Source of the DNA: Sulfuritalea sp.
Lineage (GTDB): Bacteria > Pseudomonadota > Gammaproteobacteria > Burkholderiales > Rhodocyclaceae
DNA length: 64,000 nt
Assembly (NCBI GenBank): GCA_044344175.1
Contig: JBIJDJ010000001.1
Location: forward strand, 114-64,113
Direction: 5' to 3'
Shown here: positions 1 to 10,417 of the stretch, piece by piece
Position numbering within the stretch: position 1 is the stretch's first letter
How the letters are laid out: every line of letters starts with the position of its first letter
Program-made: the position numbers and the translations under genes
Notes under the pieces: generated by a model
What the model was told of the DNA's origin: nothing
Seen by the model: the letters and a program-made list of their open reading frames with translations, nothing else
Database searches by the model: none

Positions 1-190
1 ATCCTTAATATTAGCGTCATTCAAACCGTAACCAAGATACTGAAATGGCTCTAGTATGGCCCGTCACCTCCCTGCCGTAAAATTCAATACGGCAAGCAAT
101 TTCTGATCTTGCGATATTGGGCAAGCCAGAATCGCCGTTGAACCCGAAGCGCCTGTCACTCAGGCATCGTTACTGATCCACACCCGACAA

Positions 191-913
191 ATGCATGAGA
201 ACCCTGTTGCCCGTCGTTATCTGAGCGGTGAGTATGCTGAAAGGAATCCGGACTGGGATTCCATTGATTCGCCATGGAAGGCGGATCGCGTTGTCGAGAT
301 GCTAACCCGCCACGGAATATGCCCTGCGTCGATTGCGGAGGTCGGCTGCGGTGCCGGGGGAATTCTGGCTGCTTTGCGTCCGCGCTTTCCCGATGCTGAG
401 ATTGAGGGATTCGATATCGCTCCTGAGTTGCCCGCGCTGTGGACAGCGCATGCCGATGCCCGCATACGATTTACGCTGGGCGATTTCTTTTCCCTGAATC
501 AACAGGCGTTCGACCTCCTTCTTGTACTGGACGTCTTGGAGCATCTCGGGGATCCATTCAGTTTTCTCGAACAATTGCGGACACACGGAAAGCAGGTAAT
601 TTTTCACATCCCGCTCGATCTTTCAGCGATGACCGTACTTCGAGAGTCGCCGCTACTGTATGTGCGTGAAAAGGTCGGCCACATACACTATTTCACCAAA
701 GGGCTTGCGCTTGCCCTGCTGGAGGAGTGTGGCTATGAAGTGATTGACGCTCGCTTTACCGGCGCGGCTTTCAACGGGCCCGGGCGCTCTCTACGGACAC
801 GGATTGCTGGCTGGCTGCGTCGAATCGTGTACGCAATGGATCGAGATGTCGGTGCCCGGCTGTTGGGAGGGGAGACGCTAATGGTTTTGGCGCGCCCGCG
901 GAGAGATTCTTGA
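191..913 (+). CDS. class I SAM-dependent methyltransferase (polysaccharide cluster)
   Basis: EVGCGAG motif I and DVLEHL motif; overlaps the next gene. Confidence 0.8.
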   Translation: MHENPVARRYLSGEYAERNPDWDSIDSPWKADRVVEMLTRHGICPASIAEVGCGAGGILAALRPRFPDAEIEGFDIAPELPALWTAHADARIRFTLGDFFSLNQQAFDLLLVLDVLEHLGDPFSFLEQLRTHGKQVIFHIPLDLSAMTVLRESPLLYVREKVGHIHYFTKGLALALLEECGYEVIDARFTGAAFNGPGRSLRTRIAGWLRRIVYAMDRDVGARLLGGETLMVLARPRRDS

Positions 914-1929
914 CGTTGATTATTCACGCGCCGAATGTGCATCAGGGTGGAGGCCGTGCCTTGCTGGTGCCACTGCTTGAGGCGGCGGCACGCTCATCAT
1001 CCATCGCTATTCTCGATGGAAGACTCGCCCGGTCCGAAACATTGCCACCCGGCCTAACGGTGATTCGTGTTTCACCAACGCTGACAGGAAGGCTGCTTGG
1101 AGAGTGGCGCTTGAAGAATCTTGCCAAGGCGGGCGATGTGGTGCTTTGCTTCGGAAACCTGCCTCCTCTGTTCCAAATCTCTGGACACGTGAGGATTTTC
1201 CTGCAAAACCGCTATTTGTTTGGGCGGCGCGATTTCACCTCATTTGGCTTGCGTGCGCATGTGCGCCTCTTGGTCGAGCGGTATTGGCTTTACTTCAGGC
1301 TGAAGAAGACGATGCAGGTCTATGTGCAAACAGCCGCCATGGCTCGCGAGCTGGAGGTGGAAGCAGGCGTGCGAGCCCGCGTTCTGCCGTTCTTCCCGGT
1401 CGTTACGCCATTCGAATCGAGGCGGGAGTTGAAGCGCTTTGATTTCATCTATGTGGCGACAGGCGAACCCCACAAAAATCATCGAAATCTTGTCGAAGCA
1501 TGGAAACTTCTGGCGAAGGACGGCTTACATCCGTCTTTGTGCCTGACGCTCGATCCGGACAAGGATCGCCAATTACTGGATTGGGTCGAAGTCCAGGCGC
1601 GTGCTGACGGCTTGCAAATCGAGAACGTCGGTCTGATGTCACGAGCGGATCTTGATCAGCATTATCTTGAGTCTGGCGCGCTGATTTACCCATCGACCCT
1701 GGAATCGTTCGGTCTTCCACTTCTGGAAGGCGCAGCGGCAGGATTGCCGATACTCGCTTCAGAACTGGACTATGTGCGGGACGTGTCGGTGCCTGTCCAG
1801 ACGTTTGATCCCGGATCACCGGTATCCATTGCTCGTGCCGTAAAGCGCCACCTGGGTGTGGCGGAAGTACCGGCACAGCCGTTATCGCCAGCGGCCTTCC
1901 TGCAGGCAGTTCAGGTTTCGGGCCAATAA
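910..1929 (+). CDS. GT4-family glycosyltransferase
   Basis: HKNHRNL and ESFGLPLLE GT-B motifs; TTG start overlaps the upstream stop. Confidence 0.85.
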   Translation: MTLIIHAPNVHQGGGRALLVPLLEAAARSSSIAILDGRLARSETLPPGLTVIRVSPTLTGRLLGEWRLKNLAKAGDVVLCFGNLPPLFQISGHVRIFLQNRYLFGRRDFTSFGLRAHVRLLVERYWLYFRLKKTMQVYVQTAAMARELEVEAGVRARVLPFFPVVTPFESRRELKRFDFIYVATGEPHKNHRNLVEAWKLLAKDGLHPSLCLTLDPDKDRQLLDWVEVQARADGLQIENVGLMSRADLDQHYLESGALIYPSTLESFGLPLLEGAAAGLPILASELDYVRDVSVPVQTFDPGSPVSIARAVKRHLGVAEVPAQPLSPAAFLQAVQVSGQ

Positions 1930-3176
1930 TGCGCCTGTTGGTTTTCAGCCAATATTACTGGCCAGAGACCTTTGGCATCAATCACCTTGTGAGCGCCTTG
2001 GTTCGGGCGCGGCTGCAGGTGACGGTCCTGACGGGAAAGCCGAATTATCCGGATGGAAAAGTGTTTCCCGGATACACAATGCTAGGGATCCGACGCGAAG
2101 ATCATGCGGGCGCGGAAGTGGTGCGAGTGCCGTTGATTCCGCGCGGCAACAGCTCTCCTTTCCGATTGGCCATGAATTACCTGTCGTTCATATTATCCGG
2201 ATACTTGCTTGCGCCTTTTGCCTTGCGTGGCAAGGCATACGATGTGGTTTTTGTGTATGCGCCGTCTCCCTTGCTGCAGGCATTGCCGGCAATCTTTCTT
2301 GCCTGGTTGAAACGGGCGCCCCTGGTTGTCTGGGTGCAGGATCTGTGGCCGGAGAGTTTATCCGCGACAGGATTCGTGCGTAGTCGGTATGCGCTAAGTG
2401 CCGTTGAATCCGTGGTGCGGTATATATATCGCCACACGGATCTGATTCTGGTGCAATCCGAAGCCTTCCGTGGTCCCGTATCCAGAATGGTCGACGCTGC
2501 CGACAAGATTCACTATCTTCCGAACTCGGACGACGCAGTCGTCAGCTCGACCGACCCGGGCGAGGGCGCGCCTGCTGAGCTGGTTTCGGCGATTCGAAAC
2601 TGCTTTTCGGTAGTCTTCACCGGGAATGTCGGTACGGCGCAGGCGGTTGAGTTGATGGTGGAGGCTGCGGACGCATTGAGGGGCTATCCCAATATTCGGT
2701 TTTTCATAGTGGGGAGCGGGAGTCGGGATGATTGGCTGACGACGGAAGTCCGCAATAGGAATCTGGACAATGTCGTGCTGACAGGCCGATTACCTGCGGC
2801 AGCAATGCCGCCGATATTATCGGCAGCTTCGGCGCTGCTGGCGACGCTGCGCGACGAGCCGATCTTCGCCTATACGATCCCGAGCAAGGTGCAGGCCTAT
2901 CTGGCGGCAGGGCGGCCGATCATCGCGTGCATGAACGGCGAGGGTGCGCGTGTGGTCGTTGCAGCAGGCGCTGGAATCGCCTGCGCTGCGGGAAATTCAG
3001 AGACACTGGCAAAGGCGGTTCTGGCGATGGAAGCAATGACACCGCAGGAAAGGGCGCAACTGGGGGAGAATGGGAGGCGTTACTTTTCCGAGCACTATGA
3101 ACCTCAGAAGCTAATGGAACAGCTGATCGGACATCTTGAGTCTTTGCGCGCGCCGCGCGGCGGGAGCACGGAATGA
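1929..3176 (+). CDS. GT4 glycosyltransferase, WbuB/WbjE-like
   Basis: SQYYWPE, TGKPNYP, VQDLWPES and PSKVQAYLAAGRP motifs. Confidence 0.88.
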   Translation: MRLLVFSQYYWPETFGINHLVSALVRARLQVTVLTGKPNYPDGKVFPGYTMLGIRREDHAGAEVVRVPLIPRGNSSPFRLAMNYLSFILSGYLLAPFALRGKAYDVVFVYAPSPLLQALPAIFLAWLKRAPLVVWVQDLWPESLSATGFVRSRYALSAVESVVRYIYRHTDLILVQSEAFRGPVSRMVDAADKIHYLPNSDDAVVSSTDPGEGAPAELVSAIRNCFSVVFTGNVGTAQAVELMVEAADALRGYPNIRFFIVGSGSRDDWLTTEVRNRNLDNVVLTGRLPAAAMPPILSAASALLATLRDEPIFAYTIPSKVQAYLAAGRPIIACMNGEGARVVVAAGAGIACAAGNSETLAKAVLAMEAMTPQERAQLGENGRRYFSEHYEPQKLMEQLIGHLESLRAPRGGSTE

Positions 3177-4027
3177 AAGTACTGGTCCTTGGGGCTTCGG
3201 GCATGCTGGGGAACGCGATGATGCGCGTTTTGTCCAGAAATCCGGAGCTCGAAGTGTGGGGGACGACGCGATCGCCTTCGGCAAAGCAGTTCTTTTCACC
3301 GGATATCAGAGAACGAATCGTTGCCGGAATCGACGCCGAGAACCAGGATATATTGACTCGCGTGTTTGCCGAGCTGCGGCCAGCGGTACTGGTGAATTGC
3401 ATAGGCCTGGTCAAGCAGCTTGCGAGCGCCGACGATCCTCTGCTGGCTTTGCCGGTTAACTCGCTGCTGCCGCACCGCTTGGCTCGCTTGTGCGAGCTAG
3501 GTGGCGCTCGTCTGGTGCACGTGAGCACGGATTGCGTATTCAAGGGTACCAAGGGAAACTATCGCGAGTCCGACCCTTCGGATGCAGAGGATTTGTATGG
3601 GAAATCAAAGTTTCTCGGTGAAGTGTCATACCCGCATACGGTAACACTGCGGACGTCCATCATTGGACACGAACTTGCGAGCGCCCACGGTTTGGTCGAC
3701 TGGTTTCTTGCGCAGGACGGGCGTGCCAAAGGCTACAGCCGCGCCATCTTCTCCGGTTTGCCGACGGTAGAACTGGCAACAGTGGTGCGCGATGAGGTGT
3801 TGTCGCGCCCGGAAATCACGGGAATTTATCATGTCGCTTCGCAGCCTATTGCTAAACTGGATTTGCTCAGACTGGTGGCGCAGGTTTATGGAAAGTCCAT
3901 AGCGATCGTGCCCGATGATACCGTGGTGATCAACCGATCGCTTAACGCGGATCGTTTCCGTGAGGCGACCGGGTATGAGGCACCACAATGGCCAGAACTC
4001 GTTAATCGAATGTACGAATTCAAGTGA
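3173..4027 (+). CDS. RmlD-like nucleotide-sugar 4-reductase (WbvR/QnlA-like)
   Basis: GASGMLG, STDCVF and YGKSK motifs; 284 aa, no cupin tail. Confidence 0.85.
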   Translation: MKVLVLGASGMLGNAMMRVLSRNPELEVWGTTRSPSAKQFFSPDIRERIVAGIDAENQDILTRVFAELRPAVLVNCIGLVKQLASADDPLLALPVNSLLPHRLARLCELGGARLVHVSTDCVFKGTKGNYRESDPSDAEDLYGKSKFLGEVSYPHTVTLRTSIIGHELASAHGLVDWFLAQDGRAKGYSRAIFSGLPTVELATVVRDEVLSRPEITGIYHVASQPIAKLDLLRLVAQVYGKSIAIVPDDTVVINRSLNADRFREATGYEAPQWPELVNRMYEFK

Positions 4028-4038
4028 AAGAAGACTCC

Positions 4039-5049
4039 ATGTTTGCTGGGAAAATTCTGATGATTACCGGCGGTACCGGTTCCTTCGGCAATGCCGTCCT
4101 TGGCCGGTTCCTGAATACCGATGTACGGGAGATCCGCATCTTCAGCCGAGACGAGAAGAAGCAGGAGGACATGCGGATTGCTCTGAACAATTCGAAGCTC
4201 AAGTTCTATATTGGTGATGTGCGAAATCACGAAAGCGTTCACGAGGCGATGCAAGGGGTGGATTACGTATTCCATGCGGCCGCTCTGAAGCAGGTTCCGT
4301 CGTGCGAGTTTTATCCGATGGAAGCGGTGCGCACAAACGTTCTTGGAGCGGAAAACGTGATGAACGCCGCTGTAGCCCGCGGCGTTCAGCGCGTCATTGT
4401 GCTCAGTACGGACAAGGCCGTTTATCCCGTCAACGCCATGGGCATATCCAAGGCGATGATGGAAAAACTGATGGTGGCCAAGGCCCGCATGCGACGCGAA
4501 GGAGAAACGGTACTTTGCGCCACCCGTTACGGGAACGTGATGGCCTCGCGCGGTTCGGTTATTCCCTTGTTTGTTCGTCAGATCAGGGAAGGCAATCCTT
4601 TGACGGTTACGGATCCGACCATGACGCGCTTCCTGATGTCGCTCGAAGATTCGGTGGATCTGGTATTACACGCTTTCGAGCATGGGCGGCAAGGTGACAT
4701 CTTTGTGCAAAAGGCTCCGGCATCGACGGTGGGTGATTTGGCTCAGGCGCTCAGGGAATTGTTCGCGAGCGATGTACCGGTGCGCATCATCGGCACCCGC
4801 CACGGAGAGAAGCTCTATGAATCATTGTTGTCGCGCGAGGAAATGGCCCGGGCGACAGATATGGGCCGTTATTTCTGTGTGCCGGCCGATGATCGGGACC
4901 TCAACTACAACAAGTATTTTGTCGAAGGGGAGCCCCAGGTTTCTTCATTCGACGATTACACGTCGCACAATACCGAGCGGCTCGACGTCGCCCGGATCAA
5001 GGCCCTGCTCATGAAACTGGACTTCATCAAGGAAAATATTGATGCTTAA
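4039..5049 (+). CDS. fnlA: UDP-GlcNAc 4,6-dehydratase/5-epimerase (FnlA/WbjB/CapE)
   Basis: TGGTGSFG, SRDEKKQ, HAAALKQVPSCEF and RYGNVMASRGS motifs. Confidence 0.9.
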   Translation: MFAGKILMITGGTGSFGNAVLGRFLNTDVREIRIFSRDEKKQEDMRIALNNSKLKFYIGDVRNHESVHEAMQGVDYVFHAAALKQVPSCEFYPMEAVRTNVLGAENVMNAAVARGVQRVIVLSTDKAVYPVNAMGISKAMMEKLMVAKARMRREGETVLCATRYGNVMASRGSVIPLFVRQIREGNPLTVTDPTMTRFLMSLEDSVDLVLHAFEHGRQGDIFVQKAPASTVGDLAQALRELFASDVPVRIIGTRHGEKLYESLLSREEMARATDMGRYFCVPADDRDLNYNKYFVEGEPQVSSFDDYTSHNTERLDVARIKALLMKLDFIKENIDA

Positions 5050-6169
5050 GGTAATGACCATCGTCGGCACGCGACCGGAACTGATCAAGATGAGCCGCGT
5101 GATTGCCGAACTGGACGCGTATACCCAGCACGTCCTGGTCCATACCGGGCAGAACTATGACTACGAGTTGAACCAGGTATTTTTTGATGAACTGGGTATT
5201 CGCAAACCCGATCATTTTCTCAACGCCGTCGGCGATACAGCCGCGCAGACGATCGGTCAGGTGATCATCAAGGCCGACGAAGTGCTGGCCCGGGAGACCC
5301 CGGACGCCGTGCTGTTTTACGGGGACACGAATTCCTGTCTTGCCGTCATCGCTGCCAAGCGGCACAAGATACCCGTGTTTCACATGGAGGCCGGCAATCG
5401 TTGTTTTGACCAGCGCGTACCGGAGGAACTCAACCGCAAGGTGCTGGACCACCTCAGCGACATCAATCTGGTCCTTTCGGAACACGCAAGGCGCTACCTG
5501 ATCGCCGAAGGCATTCGTCCTGAAACTATCATCAAGACCGGTTCGCACATGCGCGAGGTGCTTGATTTCTACATGCCGAAAATTGTCGAGTCCGATGTGT
5601 TGTCACGTTTCGGCCTGCAGGCGGGAAAATATTTTCTTGTCAGCGCCCATCGCGAGGAAAATGTCGATGTGCCGGAGAATCTGCGCGATCTGTTGAGTAC
5701 TCTGAACGCCCTGGCAGAGAGTTACGGATTCCCGGTTCTGGTATCCACGCATCCGCGTACCCGCAAGCGTCTCGACGAGTTGGGTGCCGGGCCGCTCAAT
5801 CCGCTGGTTCAGTTCGCCAAGCCCTTCGGTTTCTTCGATTACAACAAACTGCAGATGGACGCGACGTGCGTGGTCTCTGACAGCGGTACCATTACGGAAG
5901 AAGCATCGCTGCTCAATCTGCCGGCGGTTACCATTCGAAATGCCCATGAACGTCCGGAAGGCATGGATGTCGGCACGCTGATCATGTCCGGCTTGAAAAT
6001 GGAGGGCGTGCTTGATGCCGTACGTATTGTGTTGGCTCAACATGATCGCAAATCCAGAACCATGCGGCTCGTCGAGGATTACGACGCCGGCCCGGTTTCA
6101 AAGCAGGTCCTGCGAATTGTCTTGAGCTATACGGATTACGTGAATCGCACGGTCTGGCGCAAGACCTGA
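5042..6169 (+). CDS. wecB: non-hydrolysing UDP-hexNAc 2-epimerase (FnlC/WbjD/QnlB type)
   Basis: GTRPE, HTGQNYD, HMEAGNR and SDSGTITEE motifs. Confidence 0.9.
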   Translation: MLKVMTIVGTRPELIKMSRVIAELDAYTQHVLVHTGQNYDYELNQVFFDELGIRKPDHFLNAVGDTAAQTIGQVIIKADEVLARETPDAVLFYGDTNSCLAVIAAKRHKIPVFHMEAGNRCFDQRVPEELNRKVLDHLSDINLVLSEHARRYLIAEGIRPETIIKTGSHMREVLDFYMPKIVESDVLSRFGLQAGKYFLVSAHREENVDVPENLRDLLSTLNALAESYGFPVLVSTHPRTRKRLDELGAGPLNPLVQFAKPFGFFDYNKLQMDATCVVSDSGTITEEASLLNLPAVTIRNAHERPEGMDVGTLIMSGLKMEGVLDAVRIVLAQHDRKSRTMRLVEDYDAGPVSKQVLRIVLSYTDYVNRTVWRKT

Positions 6170-6185
6170 TCGGCCGGAACAGTCG

Positions 6186-7028
6186 ATGCGTGTGCTCTTG
6201 ACCGGGGCGAGCAGCCAGATTGGATTGTTTTTGATTCCGCGCCTGTTGCGCGATGGCCACGAACTCTTTGCGATAAGTCGGCACCGGCGGGACGGCGACA
6301 GCCGGGTGAAGTGGCTGCTTGACGACGTCTCGTCGGCCGCCCTGCCATGGCCGCCGGTCGATGCCCTGATTCACATCGCGCCCCTGCGACTTCTGCCTGT
6401 CCTGTTACCGGGTTTCCTGGCCAGGGGCGGGCGCCGCGTCATTTGCTTCGGAACCACCAGCCGTTATTCCAAGGCAATCTCGGGAGACCCCAAGGAACAG
6501 GCGTTTGCGGCGGAGCAGATCGCGGCCGAGTCGAAGGTGGCGGAGTTATGCCAGGCTGCGAACGCGGCATGGACGGTGTTCCGCCCGACGCTGATCTACG
6601 GTGCGGGGATGGACCGGAATGTCACGGTGATTGCGCGGCTCATTCGTCGCTTCGGCCTATTTCCGCTACTCGGCGCCGCATCGGGGCGGCGCCAGCCCGT
6701 ACATGCCGACGATTTGGCGGCGGCCTGCGTCGCGGCGCTGGCGGAGCCAAAGGCGTTCAACTCGGCTTACGATTTGGTGGGTGGGGAAACCCTGACTTAT
6801 CGCCAGATGGTGGAACGTATCTTTGCTGCGGAAGGGCGGACACCTCGATTCGTTCCGGTGCCATTGTCCGCATTTCGCGCGGCGATGTGGTGTGTGTCGC
6901 GAATTCCGCGTTTCAAGGATTTTAACGTTGAGATGGCGCGCCGGATGAACGATGATCTGGTGTTCGATTTCAGTGACGCAGCGCGTGACTTTGGGTTCGC
7001 ACCCCGAAAATTCGAGCCGGAGTCATGA
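6186..7028 (+). CDS. NAD-dependent epimerase/dehydratase family protein (atypical SDR)
   Basis: LTGASSQIG, RPTLIYG and RQPVHADDLA motifs. Confidence 0.75.
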   Translation: MRVLLTGASSQIGLFLIPRLLRDGHELFAISRHRRDGDSRVKWLLDDVSSAALPWPPVDALIHIAPLRLLPVLLPGFLARGGRRVICFGTTSRYSKAISGDPKEQAFAAEQIAAESKVAELCQAANAAWTVFRPTLIYGAGMDRNVTVIARLIRRFGLFPLLGAASGRRQPVHADDLAAACVAALAEPKAFNSAYDLVGGETLTYRQMVERIFAAEGRTPRFVPVPLSAFRAAMWCVSRIPRFKDFNVEMARRMNDDLVFDFSDAARDFGFAPRKFEPES

Positions 7029-7076
7029 GAGCAAACCTGCACTGTGTCCCCTAAATTGATAGTGATGCCAAGTCCC

Positions 7077-7640
7077 ATGTTGAAGCGAGCTTTTGATCTG
7101 TTCCTTGCATTGTGTCTTGGTGTGCTGCTGCTCCAGCCGATCTTGACAGTGGTGTTGGCTGTGCGAATAACATCTCCCGGCCCCGTCTTGTACTGGAGCG
7201 ACAGGGTCGGCCGGCGTAACCGCATTTTCAGAATGCCAAAGTTCCGCAGCATGAGGATGGAAACTCCAGTGGTTGCAACCCATTTGCTTGATGATCCGGC
7301 GGCTTATTTGACGCCGATCGGCTCGTTTCTGCGCAAGACAAGTCTTGATGAACTGCCGCAACTCTGGAGTATCTTCAAGGGCGACATGAGTTTCGTAGGG
7401 CCTCGTCCCGCCCTGTTCAACCAGAACGACCTGATTGCCATGCGCACGGGCCAAGGTGTTGATAATCTGGTCCCTGGCCTTACTGGCTGGGCGCAGGTCA
7501 ACGGTCGTGACGAATTGTCCATTGCGGAGAAAGTCAGGCTGGATGCGGAGTACTTGAGCAGGCAGTCCATCTCATTTGATCTCTTGATTCTTTGGCTCAC
7601 CTTTTTGCGGGTTCTTCGGAGAGAAGGCGTTTCCCATTAA
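7077..7640 (+). CDS. monotopic phosphoglycosyl transferase (bacterial sugar transferase)
   Basis: [28 protein letters not shown] and [12 protein letters not shown]; alternative starts at 7044 and 7065. Confidence 0.9.
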   Translation: MLKRAFDLFLALCLGVLLLQPILTVVLAVRITSPGPVLYWSDRVGRRNRIFRMPKFRSMRMETPVVATHLLDDPAAYLTPIGSFLRKTSLDELPQLWSIFKGDMSFVGPRPALFNQNDLIAMRTGQGVDNLVPGLTGWAQVNGRDELSIAEKVRLDAEYLSRQSISFDLLILWLTFLRVLRREGVSH

Positions 7641-7732
7641 GGGTGAGGGATTCAAGTAAAGAGACTGAATAGGCCAATTTTGCGGAAAGCCCTTCCAGAA
7701 TTGGCAACCGTGGCGCGTAAAATGCCAACTTG

Positions 7733-9556
7733 ATGAATCCGCGTTCCCTCACTGCTTCCATCCACGACCTTTGCGCCGCTGTCATTGCATGGATGGCGGC
7801 CTATGCCTTGCGCTTCAACTTTGACATTCCGCAAAACTTTGCGGATGCAATGCTGCGCAATCTGCTGTGGATTATTCCGCTGCAGGCGGCGATATTCCAC
7901 GGCTTCGGTTTGTATCGGGGCATCTGGCGCTTTGCCAGCATTCCCGACTTGCGAAGGATCGCACTGGCAGCGGGTACGGTAGCGCTGGCGATCCCCGCGC
8001 TGTTGCTCATGCTTCAGCGCCTGGGTGACGTGCCGCGCTCGGTTCTGGTGCTGCATCCCGTATTGTTGGTTTTATTCATGGGCGGCAGCCGCTTTCTTTA
8101 CCGGGCATGGAAGGACGGACAGCTGCTTTCTCCGCGGCAGTTTGATTCGGAGCCGGTGCTGGTGATGGGCGCCGGGTCGGCCGGGTCGGCGCTGTTGCGG
8201 GATATGGCGACCAGCCGGCGCTGGCGCGCGGTCGGGCTGCTCGATGACGATCCGGCCAAGCTGCGCTTGCAGGTCCAGGGCGTGTCCGTGCTGGGCCGAC
8301 TGGATAGCGTGGCAAAGTTTGCAGCGGCGCATCAGGTGCAGTCCATAATCATCGCCATGCCGTCCGCTGCGCCGTCGGCTCGTCGCCATGCGGTCGAGTT
8401 GATTGTGGGTGCGGGCCTCAAGGCCTTGACCGTACCGGCGCTGTCGGATGTGCTGTCCGGTCGGGTGACTGCTGCCGAGGTGCGGCAGGTGGAGCTGGAG
8501 GACTTGCTCGGGCGCGAACAGGTGCTGCTCGATGATGCCGGGCTGAAGGAGCAACTGGCCGGGAAGTCGGTTCTTGTAACCGGTGCCGGCGGCTCAATTG
8601 GCTCCGAACTGTGTCGCCAGATCGCCCGCTTCGGTCCGCGCAAGCTGGTTTTTCTCGAGCAATCCGAGTTCGCGCTCTACAGCATCGAGCAGGAGTTCGC
8701 CGGGCAACCGGTGACCTGCGTGATGGGCGATGTGAAGGATGCCAAACGAATGGACTCGGTGTTTGCCGACCATCGTCCGGATGTAGTGTTTCATGCCGCA
8801 GCTTACAAGCATGTGCCGCTGATGGAGCGTGCCAATGCGTGGGAGGCGGTGCGCAACAACGTGCAGGGTACGCTGAACGTGGCGCGTGCCGCCCTTGCCA
8901 GCGGCACCAGGGAGTTCGTTCTTATTTCGACCGACAAGGCGGTTAATCCGACCAATGTCATGGGCGCCAGCAAGCGCCTGGCCGAGGTTGTGTGCCAGGC
9001 GGTGCAGGCGCAAGGGTCGGCGACACGCTTCGTGATGGTGCGCTTCGGCAATGTGCTGGGTTCGTCGGGTAGCGTGATTCCGCGCTTTCGCGAACAGATT
9101 GCGAAAGGCGGCCCGGTCACCGTGACCCACCCCGACATCATCCGCTACTTCATGCTGATTCCCGAGGCGGCGCAGCTGGTGTTGCAGGCGGGTCTGATGG
9201 CGGCGCGCGAAGCTGAGGGCGGACGGGTGTTTGTGCTCGACATGGGCGAACCGGTGAAGATCGTCGACCTGGCGCGTGACATGATCCGGCTTTCGGGGTT
9301 TACCGATGACGAGATAAAGATCGAATTCACCGGTTTGCGTCCGGGCGAGAAACTCTACGAGGAACTGCTGGCCGATGGCGAGTCGACCTTGCCGACGCCG
9401 CATCCCAAGCTGCGCATAGCCAAGCCTTCGGCGGCACCCGATCAGCAATGGCTCGCCGACCTTGAAGAATGGCTGGCGGCGCCCTGGCGCGATGAGGCGG
9501 CGGTCAAGGAAGGGCTCAGGCGCTGGGTGCCGGAGTACCGGCCCGCAACCCACTGA
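7733..9556 (+). CDS. membrane-bound nucleotide-sugar dehydratase (WbpM/CapD/PglF)
   Basis: N-terminal TM helices; TGAGGSIGSE, HAAAYKHVP, STDKAVNP and RFGNVLGSSGS. Confidence 0.92.
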   Translation: MNPRSLTASIHDLCAAVIAWMAAYALRFNFDIPQNFADAMLRNLLWIIPLQAAIFHGFGLYRGIWRFASIPDLRRIALAAGTVALAIPALLLMLQRLGDVPRSVLVLHPVLLVLFMGGSRFLYRAWKDGQLLSPRQFDSEPVLVMGAGSAGSALLRDMATSRRWRAVGLLDDDPAKLRLQVQGVSVLGRLDSVAKFAAAHQVQSIIIAMPSAAPSARRHAVELIVGAGLKALTVPALSDVLSGRVTAAEVRQVELEDLLGREQVLLDDAGLKEQLAGKSVLVTGAGGSIGSELCRQIARFGPRKLVFLEQSEFALYSIEQEFAGQPVTCVMGDVKDAKRMDSVFADHRPDVVFHAAAYKHVPLMERANAWEAVRNNVQGTLNVARAALASGTREFVLISTDKAVNPTNVMGASKRLAEVVCQAVQAQGSATRFVMVRFGNVLGSSGSVIPRFREQIAKGGPVTVTHPDIIRYFMLIPEAAQLVLQAGLMAAREAEGGRVFVLDMGEPVKIVDLARDMIRLSGFTDDEIKIEFTGLRPGEKLYEELLADGESTLPTPHPKLRIAKPSAAPDQQWLADLEEWLAAPWRDEAAVKEGLRRWVPEYRPATH

Positions 9557-9579
9557 GTCATTCAGAAGCTCGCCGGCCC

Positions 9580-10416
9580 ATGGCTACTTATGCAATCGGC
9601 GACCTGCAGGGCTGTTACGACCCGCTGCGCCGCCTATTGGACTATATCGACTTCGATCAGGCCACCGACCACATCTGGTTTGTCGGCGACCTGGTCAATC
9701 GCGGGCCCGCATCGCTCGAGGTACTGCGCTTCGTCAAATCTCTGGGGGCTGCGGCAACCGTGGTGCTCGGCAATCACGATCTGCATCTGGTGATGCAGGC
9801 CGAGGGCTATGGCAAGCCGAACAAGGAGGACACGCTCGAAGAGATCCTTGCCGCCCCGGATCGCGACGAGTTGCTGGCCTGGTTGCGGGCGCAGCCCCTG
9901 TTTCATGTCGAAGGCAACTGGGCGATGGTTCATGCCGGGTTGCTGCCGAGCTGGACGGTGGCCCAGGCGCAGGCCCTTTCCGACGAGGCCTCCGCTGCGC
10001 TGAGCGGAGCCGGCTACCGCAAGTTTCTGGCCCACATGTGGGGTTCTGACCCGGCAGCATGGCGCGACGATCTGGCGGGGTGGGATCGCCTGCGCGTGGT
10101 GGTCAATGCGATGACGCGCATGCGTTATGTGACGGCAGACGGTTCCATGGAATTTCGCGCGGCCGGTGCCAAGGCGCCGCCCGACAAGGGCCCTGCCGGA
10201 TGTCTGCCGTGGTTCGAAGCACCGCAGCGCGCCAGCGCGGACCATTCGATTGTCTGCGGGCACTGGTCGGCGCTCGGTTACCGGGACGAGGCGAACATTC
10301 TCGCGCTTGATACCGGCTGTCTCTGGGGCGGCTGCCTCACCGCCGTGCGCCTGGAAGACCGCCGGATATTCCGCCAACCCTGTCCGCAGCAGGCCAAGCC
10401 CTCAGGCTGGGCCTGA
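9580..10416 (+). CDS. apaH: symmetrical bis(5'-nucleosyl)-tetraphosphatase
   Basis: GDLQGC, GDLVNRGP, GNHDLH and DTGCLWGG. Confidence 0.95.
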   Translation: MATYAIGDLQGCYDPLRRLLDYIDFDQATDHIWFVGDLVNRGPASLEVLRFVKSLGAAATVVLGNHDLHLVMQAEGYGKPNKEDTLEEILAAPDRDELLAWLRAQPLFHVEGNWAMVHAGLLPSWTVAQAQALSDEASAALSGAGYRKFLAHMWGSDPAAWRDDLAGWDRLRVVVNAMTRMRYVTADGSMEFRAAGAKAPPDKGPAGCLPWFEAPQRASADHSIVCGHWSALGYRDEANILALDTGCLWGGCLTAVRLEDRRIFRQPCPQQAKPSGWA

Positions 10417-10417
10417 T

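Noticed and set aside
1-54. Possible 3' tail of an upstream gene (frame 1, ending TAG)
   Set aside because: Too short to assign
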